Source of the DNA: Marsupella aquatica
Taxonomy: Eukaryota > Plantae > Marchantiophyta
Direction: 5' to 3'
Length of the DNA: 64,000 nt
Assembly: GCA_973895155.1 (NCBI GenBank)
Contig: OZ316895.1
Span: 3,025,659-3,089,658 of the forward strand
Notes under the pieces: model-generated
What the model was told of the DNA's origin: nothing
What the model saw: the letters and a program-made list of their open reading frames with translations, nothing else
The model's database searches: none
Made by a program: the position numbers and the translations under genes
Shown here: piece by piece, positions 1-11,010 of the stretch
Layout: each line of letters opens with the position of its first letter
Numbering within the stretch: the stretch's first letter is position 1

Positions 1-790
1 GGCCAAGACATCGTTGAGAAAACAGATGTCGTGTTGGCCAAGACGTCATTGAGGAAATATCAGTGCATTGCACAAAAGATGTCGTGTCGCCCAAGATGTT
101 GTTATCTGAAAGATGTCATGAAGTAAAAAGATGTCGTTAAGAAAAAAGAAGTCATTTTTCCAAAGATGTCATTATGTGAAAGATGGCGTTAAGAAAAAGG
201 TGTCATTTTGCCAAACTAAGTGATTGTGAAGTAAAAGATGTTATAAATAAAAAGATGTCATTTCACCCAATATGTCATTAATATGTGAAAGATGGCTCAA
301 TACCCGTGCGTTGCACAAAAGATGTCATTAAGAAAAAATATGTTGTGTTGCCAAAGATGTTGTCATGAAAAAAGGTGATGTTGCCAACAATTTTGTTAAG
401 TAAAAACATGTTGTGTTGTCAAAGATTTTTTTAAGAAAAAAGATGTCATGTTGCCAAAGATGTCGTTAAGAAAAAAGATGTCATGTTGCCAAAGAAGTTG
501 TTAATATGTGAAAGATGTTGTGAAGTAAAAAGATGTCATTAAGAACTATGATGTCGTGATGCCAAAGGTGTCGTGAAGAAAAAATGTTCTTATGTGAAAA
601 ATGTTGTGAAGTAAAAGATGTCGTTGCACCAAAGATGTCTTTATGTCCAAGATGTTGTCAGGTAAAGATGATGTTTTACGAAAGATGTTATTAAGTATTT
701 TTTTGTTAAGTACAAAATGGTTGATAAGTAAAGGGATGTCATTAGACAAAGATGTAAGTTGTGAAGTAAAAGATGTTCTTAAGTACAATT
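1..790. repeat. Degenerate short-period tandem array (AAAAGATGTCRT-like), probably the internal or subterminal array of a non-autonomous TE
   Basis: Dozens of aagatgtcgt/aagatgtcat/aagatgttgt variants; the reverse complement of the same array occurs at about 34230-34590, including the tgtgcaaYgcaMggg motif (reverse at about 301-319). Confidence 0.75.
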
Positions 791-849
791 GAAAATATTG
801 CTAGTAAACCATGTTAAGTAAAAAAAGTTGTTAAGTTGTTGCCACTTTT

Positions 850-1400
850 TTGCCACCCCTTGCATCCTGAAGCCCCATTGATAACCCCAAAGTTTTTGTT
901 ACTTTAAGCTTTTTACTTAAATGTTACCATGGCTGCTTACTTGGCTTTGGCCGCCCCAATGCCGAGCGGGATGCCAAGACCCCTTGGGATAATGACATGG
1001 CTTGGCTGACTTTTCAACAACTCTTCACTACCCCTTGCATCTTAGAACCCCATTGGGCCCAAAGTTTTGGCTACCTTAGAGTTCTTACTTAAAGTCGCCG
1101 CAATAGCTTAATTGGCATTGGCCGCCCCAATGTCAAGACCCCCTCGGGTAACGGAGCAGCTTGGCTGACTTTTCAACGGCCCTTTCCCTACCCTTGCATA
1201 TATCTTGGAACCCCATCAGTAACCCCAATTTTTTTGGTTACTTTAAGCTTAGTTTGCTTAAAGTTGACCGTGGCCGCTTACTTGGCTGTGGCCGCCCCAA
1301 TGCCAATTCCCCTTGGGGCAACGGCACGACTCAGCCCACTTTTCAACAAAACAATTTGCCTACCCCTTGCATGGAACCCCTTTGGTAACCTCATCCAAGT
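850..1400. repeat. Diverged tandem repeat, period about 160-175 bp, 3-4 copies
   Basis: cccttgcat recurs near 858, 1032, 1191 and 1364; the first three are followed by ttggcNNtggccgccccaatg and acttttcaac blocks. Confidence 0.7.
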
Positions 1401-4400
1401 TTACTCGGCTCCTTACTCGCCAATACCATGCCCCCCTGGGGTGGTGGTGTGGTTTGCAGCACTTTCCAACATTGGAGGACCTGCCACCCCCGGACCAACT
1501 TTGGTCCAGATATTTTGGCCCCCACCCCATGCCTCTTCCTGTGCTAAACAAAGTGGCAAGACATAACAACAACTGAGGGGTTGTTGGGGAGTTGGAACCC
1601 GGGGCAAGATTGAGTTAGGTTGGGGATGGGACCTTGGGGTCTCGGGTTTCATTCCACCCCGGGATGTTGGGTCTAGCATTTTTTACAACATTATTTTTTT
1701 GTTTTTGGCTAGTGTGACAAATGTCAGCCTCTCAAAGGAAGGAAATGCTAGGAGTATTCTTCAACAATTTTTCTTGAATTATATCTTCTTCATCAGATAT
1801 CCCTAGATTGACGTACAACGGTTAGATTTTGGCAAATGGGGTCCATGATTTGGTGGGAGAGTGGCCAATGGTATGCAAAGAATCTAGCAATTTTTTGGCA
1901 AAAGTGACGGAAAAAGTGGTGAACATATTTTGGGGAGGTGGAATTTGGCAAAAGTTTGCACCTAAAAACTACGTTGTTTGGATGAGGCCAGGGCCAGGGT
2001 AGTCTCAGGAGTCATCATCCCTTCCTCTTCACTCTCCCTCATCGCTCTCCCTCTTCTAGCTATTGGGTAATGGGTATTGCTCCTCTTCACACTCCCTCTT
2101 CTTGCCATTGGGTAGTTGTTGTTGCTTAAAAGTACTCATTAAATGCCTGGAGCCCTTATAAGCTCACATAGGTTGGAATAGAGAGCTCTAAACTCCAAAA
2201 GGAAAGAAGCTACGCTCTTCCCTCTCTCTTAAAAATTGTACTCTGATGGCACAATTGTACCTCCTTTTACAGGACCTCTATCCCCTTTGTACCTTGTACC
2301 TGGGGCTCCTAAGAGTAATGAGCTCATATGCTGTACCTGAAGGTACAATAGTACCTGTCTTGTGCATCTTTGTGTACTTGTTTTGTGCACACCAAGCCCT
2401 GTACCAGGTTTTCTCGCGTTCCCTTTTTTTTTCCCTTATTGGTTCTATATTTACAGGTTTCAATTATTCTCACCCAAAAGTACACTCCAAATTTGAATGA
2501 CGACCAAGCCATTTTTTGGCTCAACTGTGTATTATAGTTTAGGATATTTAAACATATAATCCATCCTATGGATATTTTCCGTGAACCAACCAAAAGTAAG
2601 TTTTCTTGAAAGGCACGAAAGCTACTGTACTGGATACATTTTAATAGGAACAATTCTTGGTTTCACAGGTGGGTCATAACGAATTAATGGACACCGGTCA
2701 TAAGCAGGATTTGCCAGGTGCCACTGGTCTTAGCCAATGGCCATATATTTCACCGTACAGCACGTTGAGAAGGGAAAAGTTTCAATGTGCTAGGAAATGC
2801 CAGAAACGTGACCTTTCCAAGTAGATTCATTGGTAGTTTCGATTAAGTTCCACTAGCCTGACTATCCTGTCCTTGAAAGAAAATAGAATTGAAGAAAAAA
2901 TCACAAATCTATACTCTTTTCCCTTATCTTTGTATACCTATTTTCTGTGCACCTTTTAGATTTATCTTATTGAGAGTTATCATACATTTTGTCCTTATTT
3001 GAGCTAAGGGCTAGAGGTTTCGCTCTAGACCATAGCCCTTAAAAGCTTCTATTATCCATTATATAGTAAGATACTACTAACCTGAGTCCTTTTCTTCCAA
3101 TTTGATGGTCTGCGATTTTTCTCTTTGTATATTTAGGTGCTTTCTTGGAGAAATGCGCTTAACTAGTGATTTCTCTCTTTTATTTAGTCAATTTATTTCT
3201 GGAGAAGAATGGGTGTAAAGATTTGGTTCACCACTTTAGGAAGATTCTCATTTGCTTTTAGAAAAAAAAATTAAAACCTAATAAGCCTAAGTTTTTTTTT
3301 TCCAGAATATTATGGGCAATGAGAACCACTCAAAACTCGAGCTAAAGCTCTCATTTTGGGGGCATTCTATCCCATAATGTCATTTAAACTAGATATGACC
3401 ATAGACATAAAGGCAAGAATAATGATTAAAATAAAACTGCCACCATCCTCGTTTTCCATTGCTTCCAACTTTGGTTACATCCCCAAAGTCACAGTCTAGG
3501 AACTTCACTCTAGACCAGAGGCTCTGAAGAGTGACTTTTGATAATAATTATATAGTTAGATTACAATGAGACCACTAAACCCTACTCATCAGTTGCAATA
3601 GATCAGTTAATGTCATAAATTAACCACATTGCAGATACTGGTAAGTGCAGCCTAATGAAAACTTTGCACTTATCACAATCCTGAGAAGTGCAATTCTTCC
3701 ATATAAGTGTAATTCTTCCCTATTCTTGCACTCTCACCTGCACTTATCAAGAATGTGCAACCTCAATGAGTGCAATGTATACTCTAAATTATTGCAGTAG
3801 CTGGTAGGTGCAACTTCTAAGCATGTCACAATCACTGAGAGGTGAAATGTTTACAACATTTAGCATCCAACAAGAAATGTACTTATGGTCTGTCCAATCA
3901 TAACCTATACATGTTCTATTCCTGGAAGGTTATTGCACCAAATACACTTCAAGGTAATTGTGCATCAAAATGTGACAATATATGATGTATTATGTCACTC
4001 CATATCATGATACACCTAAATATTCTGTTTAAATTAATACACCGTATTCTAATATGTATGTGGCTGCTGGTTTTTGATGCGCAGTTACCTCCTCACACCA
4101 ATTACCAGCATCTAGAAGGAACACACTCCTTGATCTAAAAGAATAGTCTGGTATGTAAATCAGTTTAAGTGTCAATCTAGAACATACAACACTCATTGAT
4201 ATAAAAGAACAGTTTATATATCACTGCCAAATGGCAGAAAAGCCGAAGCAGGAGACAGGATCTCCGCAGCCGAATGAAGGGGGGAAATGGAGGGAAAAGG
4301 CACCAAGAAGAAAATTTGGTATGGAACATCAGTTTGAGTGTCACCTCACAAAGTACACCAAAAATATTGGTTTTGGGAGTGCAATTATGGCCAGGTGGAA

Positions 4401-5787
4401 TGATTGTGTGCTTTTTGGACCCCTCTGGTTACAATCATTTCTCAGTCTCTGATTCTTCATTCTGCCGTCTATCCTATTCTCCAAGATTAGTGGTTCTGTA
4501 CGGTGGGCAGATGATTGATTGATGATCCTGTCCACCAGAGTGGCAGGAGAAACAAACGACTTTCACGACGTATCTTCGTACCCACTCTCACTGTACTGAC
4601 TCGAAGCGTCATAGCGAGGGAGCTGCTGCCCTCGGTGAACAACAATGGTCTTCCAATCTGTCACCTGTGGTTCTCGTGATTTCTGAATCAATAAAAATAA
4701 TTGAAGAACTCTCAGAGACGAACAAAAAATTGATCTTTGAGAAACGAGTTCCTGAAGGAGATTAAAGAACTGTTGCAGAAAAACAAAAACTCTTCCCATC
4801 CGGCCCCACAATTGATGCAAGTGGTGTTTTGGACTTCTGGTGAACGTGGGACTAGAGCAAACGGTGCCTGGGGCAAGCATACCGAAGATTCTGCACCAGG
4901 TCATACCTTCCACTCAGGTTGGTGAGGTACTGAGATGCCAGCAGACAGCCGCCAAGAGTCCTTGTTTATTGATCACTTTCGCTTATACTTTCCAGCAAAG
5001 ACGATTGTTACCGGTACTACTGCGCCTGAACAGTGCTGTGCAATGCGGTCGTCGCTCCTCAACTTCTAATTATAGTGGTCTCTCGGCAATTGCAGACAGC
5101 GCGAGTAGTCGTTGCTATTGATTAGGATTCTCATCCTTTTTTAACATTCATTGATGAGCGATCCAAAGCTCAATATTTGTAACCCTTCTATTTAGATTAA
5201 AAGTCGAGAGAATAGCGTGGGAAATTGATGAAAGTGGTGAACAGTGCTTTGATCAGTACTTGAGAATGTGAAAAACATGACAAAACGGTCTGACAGCCAT
5301 CGTTTGAATTCTCTTGACAGAGAGACTCATAGTACACGGAGGCGTGGAGGATCGCAATGTGGCATCTTCGATTTTGGGAGAGAAATTGATCTGTTCGACT
5401 CTTACCCTATATATGCTGCATGTTGTTGTCCCTAAATCGTCAACCTAATGTCCTCGAGCGGTGAAAATTTGAGCTCTTACACACGATCCACAAGCCGTTT
5501 TGGGGTCTTGCAGAGTGAGTCAGGGAAGCGAAAACATTTCAGGATGTAAAGAGTGGAAGACCAAAACTTCTCATACAGACTCGTTTGATGTGAACCACTG
5601 CCTCCAGGGGCCTATGCACCATGCAACTTGTTCGGCAAGCAACGTCCATAAGAGATGACTCGATCATGGAAGCTTTTCATACCGTCGCAGATAGTATCGA
5701 ATTCGGCATAAAGATTGCCCCAAAGAGTTAGTTAAGGAAGTACATACTACAGTCTGTGAGTTAGTAGCTTTGTTCTTGGGATTTCAC

Positions 5788-7704
5788 ATGGCGGCCCGGA
5801 GAATAGCTGCTTTGAGCTCTCCTTCGCCTGCTTCAAATCTGGCTGGTAGGCCGCATTTGCAATTCACTAGAGATCTTGCCAGTAATGGCTGCTGGAATGG
5901 AGGCCATCGACTCCTGAAGACGAATCTTCTTGTGCAGGGGTCGAGATTGATCAATGTTCGTCATGATCCACAATCCAGCAGCAGCGTCACCCTTGGAAGA
6001 AACACCGTTGGCAGAAAATTGCAAGCCTGCCTTGCTGCACGAAATATGAGGTGTAATTCAGAGCAGGGGTCGTCCAACGTAGTGACAGCTACCCTTGGAA
6101 GAAACACTGTTGGCAGAAAATTGCAAGCCTGCCTTGCTGCACGAAATATGAGGTGTAATTCAGAGCAGGGGTCGTCCAACGTAGTGACAGCTGACGTTCA
6201 GGAGACATTCCCGGATGAAACATATGACCGATTGGCAGAAGGGCAGCAAGTTCCGCTTTATGATACTGCCAGCCCGAAGCAGAATCCACGAGGTCTGACT
6301 GGGGAACGAGAGCCACATCCATACGAGGATGTACACATCGGAGCCAGTTGGAGAGAGATTCAAGGGGAAAGCAATTGGGAAGGGCTGATGCTCGATCCAC
6401 TGGACCACCGTCTACGAAGTGAGTTGGTCCGTTACGGTGAGTTTGCGCAGGCCACGTATGATGCTTTCGACCAGGACGAGTTCTCAAAATTTTGCGGCTG
6501 CTGCAAATATAGGAAGAGAGATTACTTCGAAAAATTAGGCTTGAGGAATCGTGGATATGAGATCGTTGAGTATATCTACTCCACAACCGAGGTCCAGGAA
6601 GACCTCTCAAAATTTTTCAAAACATCCAGAGCCCCACCGGACGAAAAGTGGAGCACAGCATCAAATTGGGCAGGGTTTGTTGCCGTGTGCACCTCGCCGG
6701 AAGAGATCGCCCGGCTGGGACGCAGGGACATTGTTGTTGCCTGGCGAGGAACCGTCACCCAGTTTGAGTGGATTGAGGACCTTGAATTGTCCCTGTGTCC
6801 CACCGGACCTGACCCTTGGGCTGTACAGAACGAACCCAAACGCTCGCCCTCACGGTTTGGGTCGGTGAAGGTGGAGAAAGGGTTTCTGAGCTTATACGAG
6901 TCCACGAATGAGGGCTCCAGGCATAACAACACCTCCAGTGCCAAACACCAAGTGCGGCGAGCCTTGAAGTGGCTCATGAAGAGGTTCAAGGGTGAGCAGA
7001 TGAGCATCACCTTGACCGGTCATAGCTTGGGAGCCTCTTTGGCAACTCTATGTGCATATGACATCGCTGAGTATTTGCTCCATGAACAGCAAGGTCGAGA
7101 CTTGCCCATGATTACCGCTTTCGTTTTTGCATCGCCGCGGGTCGGCAACACGGCGTTCAAAGACGTACTGGAGAACCTTAATGTGAAAGTGTTGCGAGTG
7201 GTGAATATTCAGGACTTCGTGCCTTGCGTCCCGGGCCTGCTTTTCCACGAGAAAATTAAATTCTCGCGCATGTACGTCTCTTTGTTGAGGAAGTCCCTCC
7301 TGATTCGGATGATACAACGAGTTATCGACTTCATTCCGGCGACATATTCCAATGTTGGTGTGGAGCTTGAGGTGGACAATCTGCAGTCACCTTTCGTCCA
7401 GCCAACTCGCTCTCCTGTGAGTACGCATAACCTCGAGCTTTATTTGCATCTTGTGGCCGGGTTACAGGACAAGGCTCGTGCGTTCAGTGAGGCTTTGTGC
7501 ACAAGGGACTTGGCTCTTGTAAATAAAACGACATCTCTACTCACACATAAGCATAGCATTCCAGCTGCTTGGTATCAAGAAGAGAACAAGGGGCTCGTCA
7601 AAATTGGGGGCCGCTTCACATATCGTCCTGTTCCACATGAGGACTTTCCGGAGCAGCCGCTGGATGAGGACGCCTTCGACCGGGAGCTCCATTACATACA
7701 CTAG
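5788..7704 (+). CDS. Phospholipase A1, class-3 lipase, DAD1-like/PLA1-I type, probably plastid-targeted, intronless (638 aa from ATG 5788)
   Basis: Motifs WREIQGESNWEGL, RYGEFAQATYDAF, GRRDIVVAWRGT, catalytic GHSLG, FASPRVGN, VVNIQDFVPCVPG (Asp) and THNLELYLHL (His); Ser/Arg-rich N-terminus typical of a transit peptide. Confidence 0.93.
   Translation: MAARRIAALSSPSPASNLAGRPHLQFTRDLASNGCWNGGHRLLKTNLLVQGSRLINVRHDPQSSSSVTLGRNTVGRKLQACLAARNMRCNSEQGSSNVVTATLGRNTVGRKLQACLAARNMRCNSEQGSSNVVTADVQETFPDETYDRLAEGQQVPLYDTASPKQNPRGLTGEREPHPYEDVHIGASWREIQGESNWEGLMLDPLDHRLRSELVRYGEFAQATYDAFDQDEFSKFCGCCKYRKRDYFEKLGLRNRGYEIVEYIYSTTEVQEDLSKFFKTSRAPPDEKWSTASNWAGFVAVCTSPEEIARLGRRDIVVAWRGTVTQFEWIEDLELSLCPTGPDPWAVQNEPKRSPSRFGSVKVEKGFLSLYESTNEGSRHNNTSSAKHQVRRALKWLMKRFKGEQMSITLTGHSLGASLATLCAYDIAEYLLHEQQGRDLPMITAFVFASPRVGNTAFKDVLENLNVKVLRVVNIQDFVPCVPGLLFHEKIKFSRMYVSLLRKSLLIRMIQRVIDFIPATYSNVGVELEVDNLQSPFVQPTRSPVSTHNLELYLHLVAGLQDKARAFSEALCTRDLALVNKTTSLLTHKHSIPAAWYQEENKGLVKIGGRFTYRPVPHEDFPEQPLDEDAFDRELHYIH
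5989..6192 (+). repeat. In-frame 102-bp (34 aa) tandem duplication in the PLA1 N-terminal extension
   Basis: 5989-6090 and 6091-6192 are identical apart from one synonymous change (aacacc/aacact); the protein repeats TLGRNTVGRKLQACLAARNMRCNSEQGSSNVVTA. Confidence 0.95.
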
Positions 7705-10539
7705 GAGAGAGAGTAATAGGAGCCACCATCTGGAAAGGTCGATTGCTAACTTGCGTCTTTGAATATCCCCGCACTCATGAAAGCAATGAATTCGATTCTA
7801 CACACTCAGGAGGGAGGTAGCTGAATAGCACGGGTCAAAGTTACAATTCTGCGAATTGGACAAACACCCATTGTGAATTTGCAAATATTGGAGCAGGAAT
7901 TGGAACTTGTAGCGCAATGAAACGCTAGCAGTCTGTCGTGCAATTTGCCTGTAAACAAGCGAACGACAATAACTCTATGGTGCGCATCATGCACCTTGCT
8001 CGATATATCGTCAAATCAAGTAAACGAGCGGATATACATGGACATTGATCTCTCGCAGCACTAAATAGATTCATTCAAGTGAAAACACCCTATCCACATA
8101 TATATTGCAGGAGAACTTAAGTGTCATTGGATATAGTCAGAAGAGTCTTTGCAGGAGACTCGTATGATTGTACAGTTGTTGGGATTTATTCGATCTAAGC
8201 TGACAGGCGACTTGAGCTTGTAGCATTGCAGAAAAGCATTATGATGCTTACTCAGTAGAGTTTTGGAGGACACTCGAGTCCCTGATGTTCAAATTCGGGA
8301 TACATTTCAAGAGTGGTCGATCAAACTTGTTGCCATTTGGGCTCGTTGTATATACACCTCCAATGTTGATAACTTTATTTTCTCCGTATCAATAACACAC
8401 ATGATTGAGAACAGACAGAGCAGCCATTTCATGATTCTATGAACTTCATTGTATCGACCCGGTGTATCGATCTACAAGAGAAAATGCCAAATGTGTGTGG
8501 TGAGATGTCGTTCTGCGTCAACCTGTCTTCCACTGAACGTAAGGTAATTAAAATCTCACGAATATCATTACACATTTTGTCGTCATCTTGTGTATGAACC
8601 TTTTTGTAAACCAATTTGACACGAATAAATTAGTTTTAGTTGATTTGGTGGGTGTGCTCTCTTTCACTCCTCGTGACGTTAGAACTGTTGGCCCTCACTT
8701 TTAAAGCCGGAGCCACATGTCATTTTTTATATGACAACTTTTTGGTGTGTGGTTTCCTTCTACTCATTCACACAATTCTATTCATTCACACTATGATTAT
8801 CATCTGGCTGCTAACTTACCGTTCAAGCTAACTCTCTGCTCAGTTCCCATTGCCTCTCATTGTCCATGGAGCTGCAATAACTGTACACGCTATGCTCCAA
8901 CGTACTACCAGTGTGCAGAAGACCCGGCGGGTAAGTCTAACATTCAATGACATCACTACTATGATTGAACGGGAGATGCGGTGACCATGCTCTCCCTTTT
9001 GTCCCATTTTTTGGGAGACTGACTTGCTGTAGCCTGGGGGACAGCCAACTCGTCTCTTGGGAGGTGCTTTGTTTCAGGACTTGACTTTTGTTGGGTGTTT
9101 GGCCCTTGATCTTGCCTGTTTTCCTGTGTGTGAGGTGTTTGTGTTTTCCTTTGGGTGATTTTGCCCCCTTTGAGTGTGATTCTTGTGTGCTTTAGTACTC
9201 TGGGTTTGTTGTTCTTTGAGCCCTGCTGGTCTTCGCCACGGTGGCCTCTGGAATAAACAGGCGCACTGCCATCCTTCGTTTAAAATTTAAAATAAAAAAG
9301 AGGGGTAAAAAAACTTTTTTGGCGTCTGTAAATTATGAATCCCTTTTCAAATTAGTCAGTATATCCATGTTGGAACTGGGATGACTACTTTTTTGAAATG
9401 GTTAACATCTTACTTATAAATACTCATAAAGAGCTAAGGGAAGCTAGAGTTGGAGTCTAGGCTTCTAGAGTGGGTCTAGACTTCTTGAGTGAACCGGTGA
9501 CTCTAAGGCCCCACCAAAATATATGTGCATACAAAACAGTATGTGCATGGACAGAATTATAGGACCCCACCAAAATTCATGTGCATGGAGATAATGATGT
9601 ATGTTAAAATGATGACATGTACCATGGTTTCTATCATCGTTTCAAAGCTCACAATGACTCCACAATGACGCTTAGAAAAGACAAAACTGAAAGCATGGTG
9701 GACAAAAAAGATGGGGCAAAGATGAAAGGGAAACAGGGTAGAATCATTTTTTTGGCAAAGTTTTTTTGGGTTTTCATTTATCTAAGGGGGCAGGAATCAA
9801 AATTTAGGGTGGGAGTAAAAAAGAGGATGGGGTGGGGTGAGTTTTTGGAGGTTTTATGATGCAGCCAAATCAAATGTCATGTGTGAAGCAACAGAATTTA
9901 TAGTAATACAAGCAAATTATCAAAAGAAGAAATGGAACATGACAAGAGTATGACCCAGAGGAAATGGGAATAGAGGCATAAAGAAACTACAAGTGTTTCG
10001 TATATCGCCATGCAATTTGATTTAATTGTCAGCTGTTTCTATTTCCTGACCCTTGCTCCACTAAGTTTTATCCATGAAACTTTGTATGTTGGACCTTCCT
10101 ATTGAAGGAGAAATCTCTCAAGTGGGGTTTCCTTTTCTGTTTTGATACATTATTCTTATTACACTAGGGAATATATTTTGTGGATAGTTTATTGTACTCA
10201 CCTCCATTCACAGTCAAAGAACGGGTAGTCAGGGCTAGTTATATACTAAAATGGATCAACTATTACTAACAGCAGTGACAAACTAAGGTTTGATCCAACC
10301 TATTTATTGAAAAGTTTGTGATAGCATTTACATGATATACTAATGATTCATTATAGTATCTAATGATTAGTATACCTTCTAATCATTAGTAGCCCAAGTA
10401 TTATTTTCTCACCTTAATCAGGTCTACTAATGATTCATTTTTGCACTCACTCATAGTGCTGTCAACTGGTACATTGTCTGGGTAACTTTGAAATACAAAT
10501 GTAGAGCTTTAGACACAACTACATTTTACGGCTGATTAA

Positions 10540-11010
10540 CGGACTTTTAGAAGATGTTAATCACAACGTATATGGCCAGCGGAGGAAAGACCTCATTCAC
10601 GACGTCAATAGAGCGACGTTAATTACCACGTTTGGGGAGACGCTCTTTACCACGTCCAGCACATTGTTCTTAACGTCGTACAATAGGAGGTATATGGGTT
10701 TACAACGTGTCAGACTACGTCAAATATACCCAACTCTCGTGTTTAACTTTACCGATAAACGTCGTGTCAGGCTACGTAATGAAACATTAACCACGTCTGG
10801 TGCAATGGACTAAACGTCGTATTATTTTAGCGTCGTCCGTGGCTGGTAAATTACGACCTATTTGAGACGTATGGGTAAGTTGACATAGTAGGGGACGATG
10901 TATCGTGCTCTTGTTGTGCGACGTACGTTGGCTTATGTAGGGCTCAACGATGTACTGTGGTGGTTAAAGGTCTTATAAAGGAGGACGTATACGGGAGTAC
11001 ATACGTCCTA
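10540..11010. repeat. Left subterminal cluster of ACGACGT/ACGTCGT motifs
   Basis: Examples: cacgacgtc about 10598, gcgacgttaa about 10613, taacgtcgta about 10671, aaacgtcgtg about 10756, aaacgtcgta about 10812. Confidence 0.85.

Noticed and set aside
1-790. CRISPR-like array
   Set aside because: Repeats are degenerate with no unique spacers of regular length, the context is eukaryotic and there are no cas genes.
6089-7317. Antisense and overlapping ORFs on PLA1 (and similar ones on other genes)
   Set aside because: Shadow frames of GC-rich coding sequence with no recognisable motifs.
9000-9300. LINE 3' end (GT-rich tract ending in an A-rich tail; similar at about 48500-48657)
   Set aside because: No reverse-transcriptase remnant or TSD visible; too weak to call.
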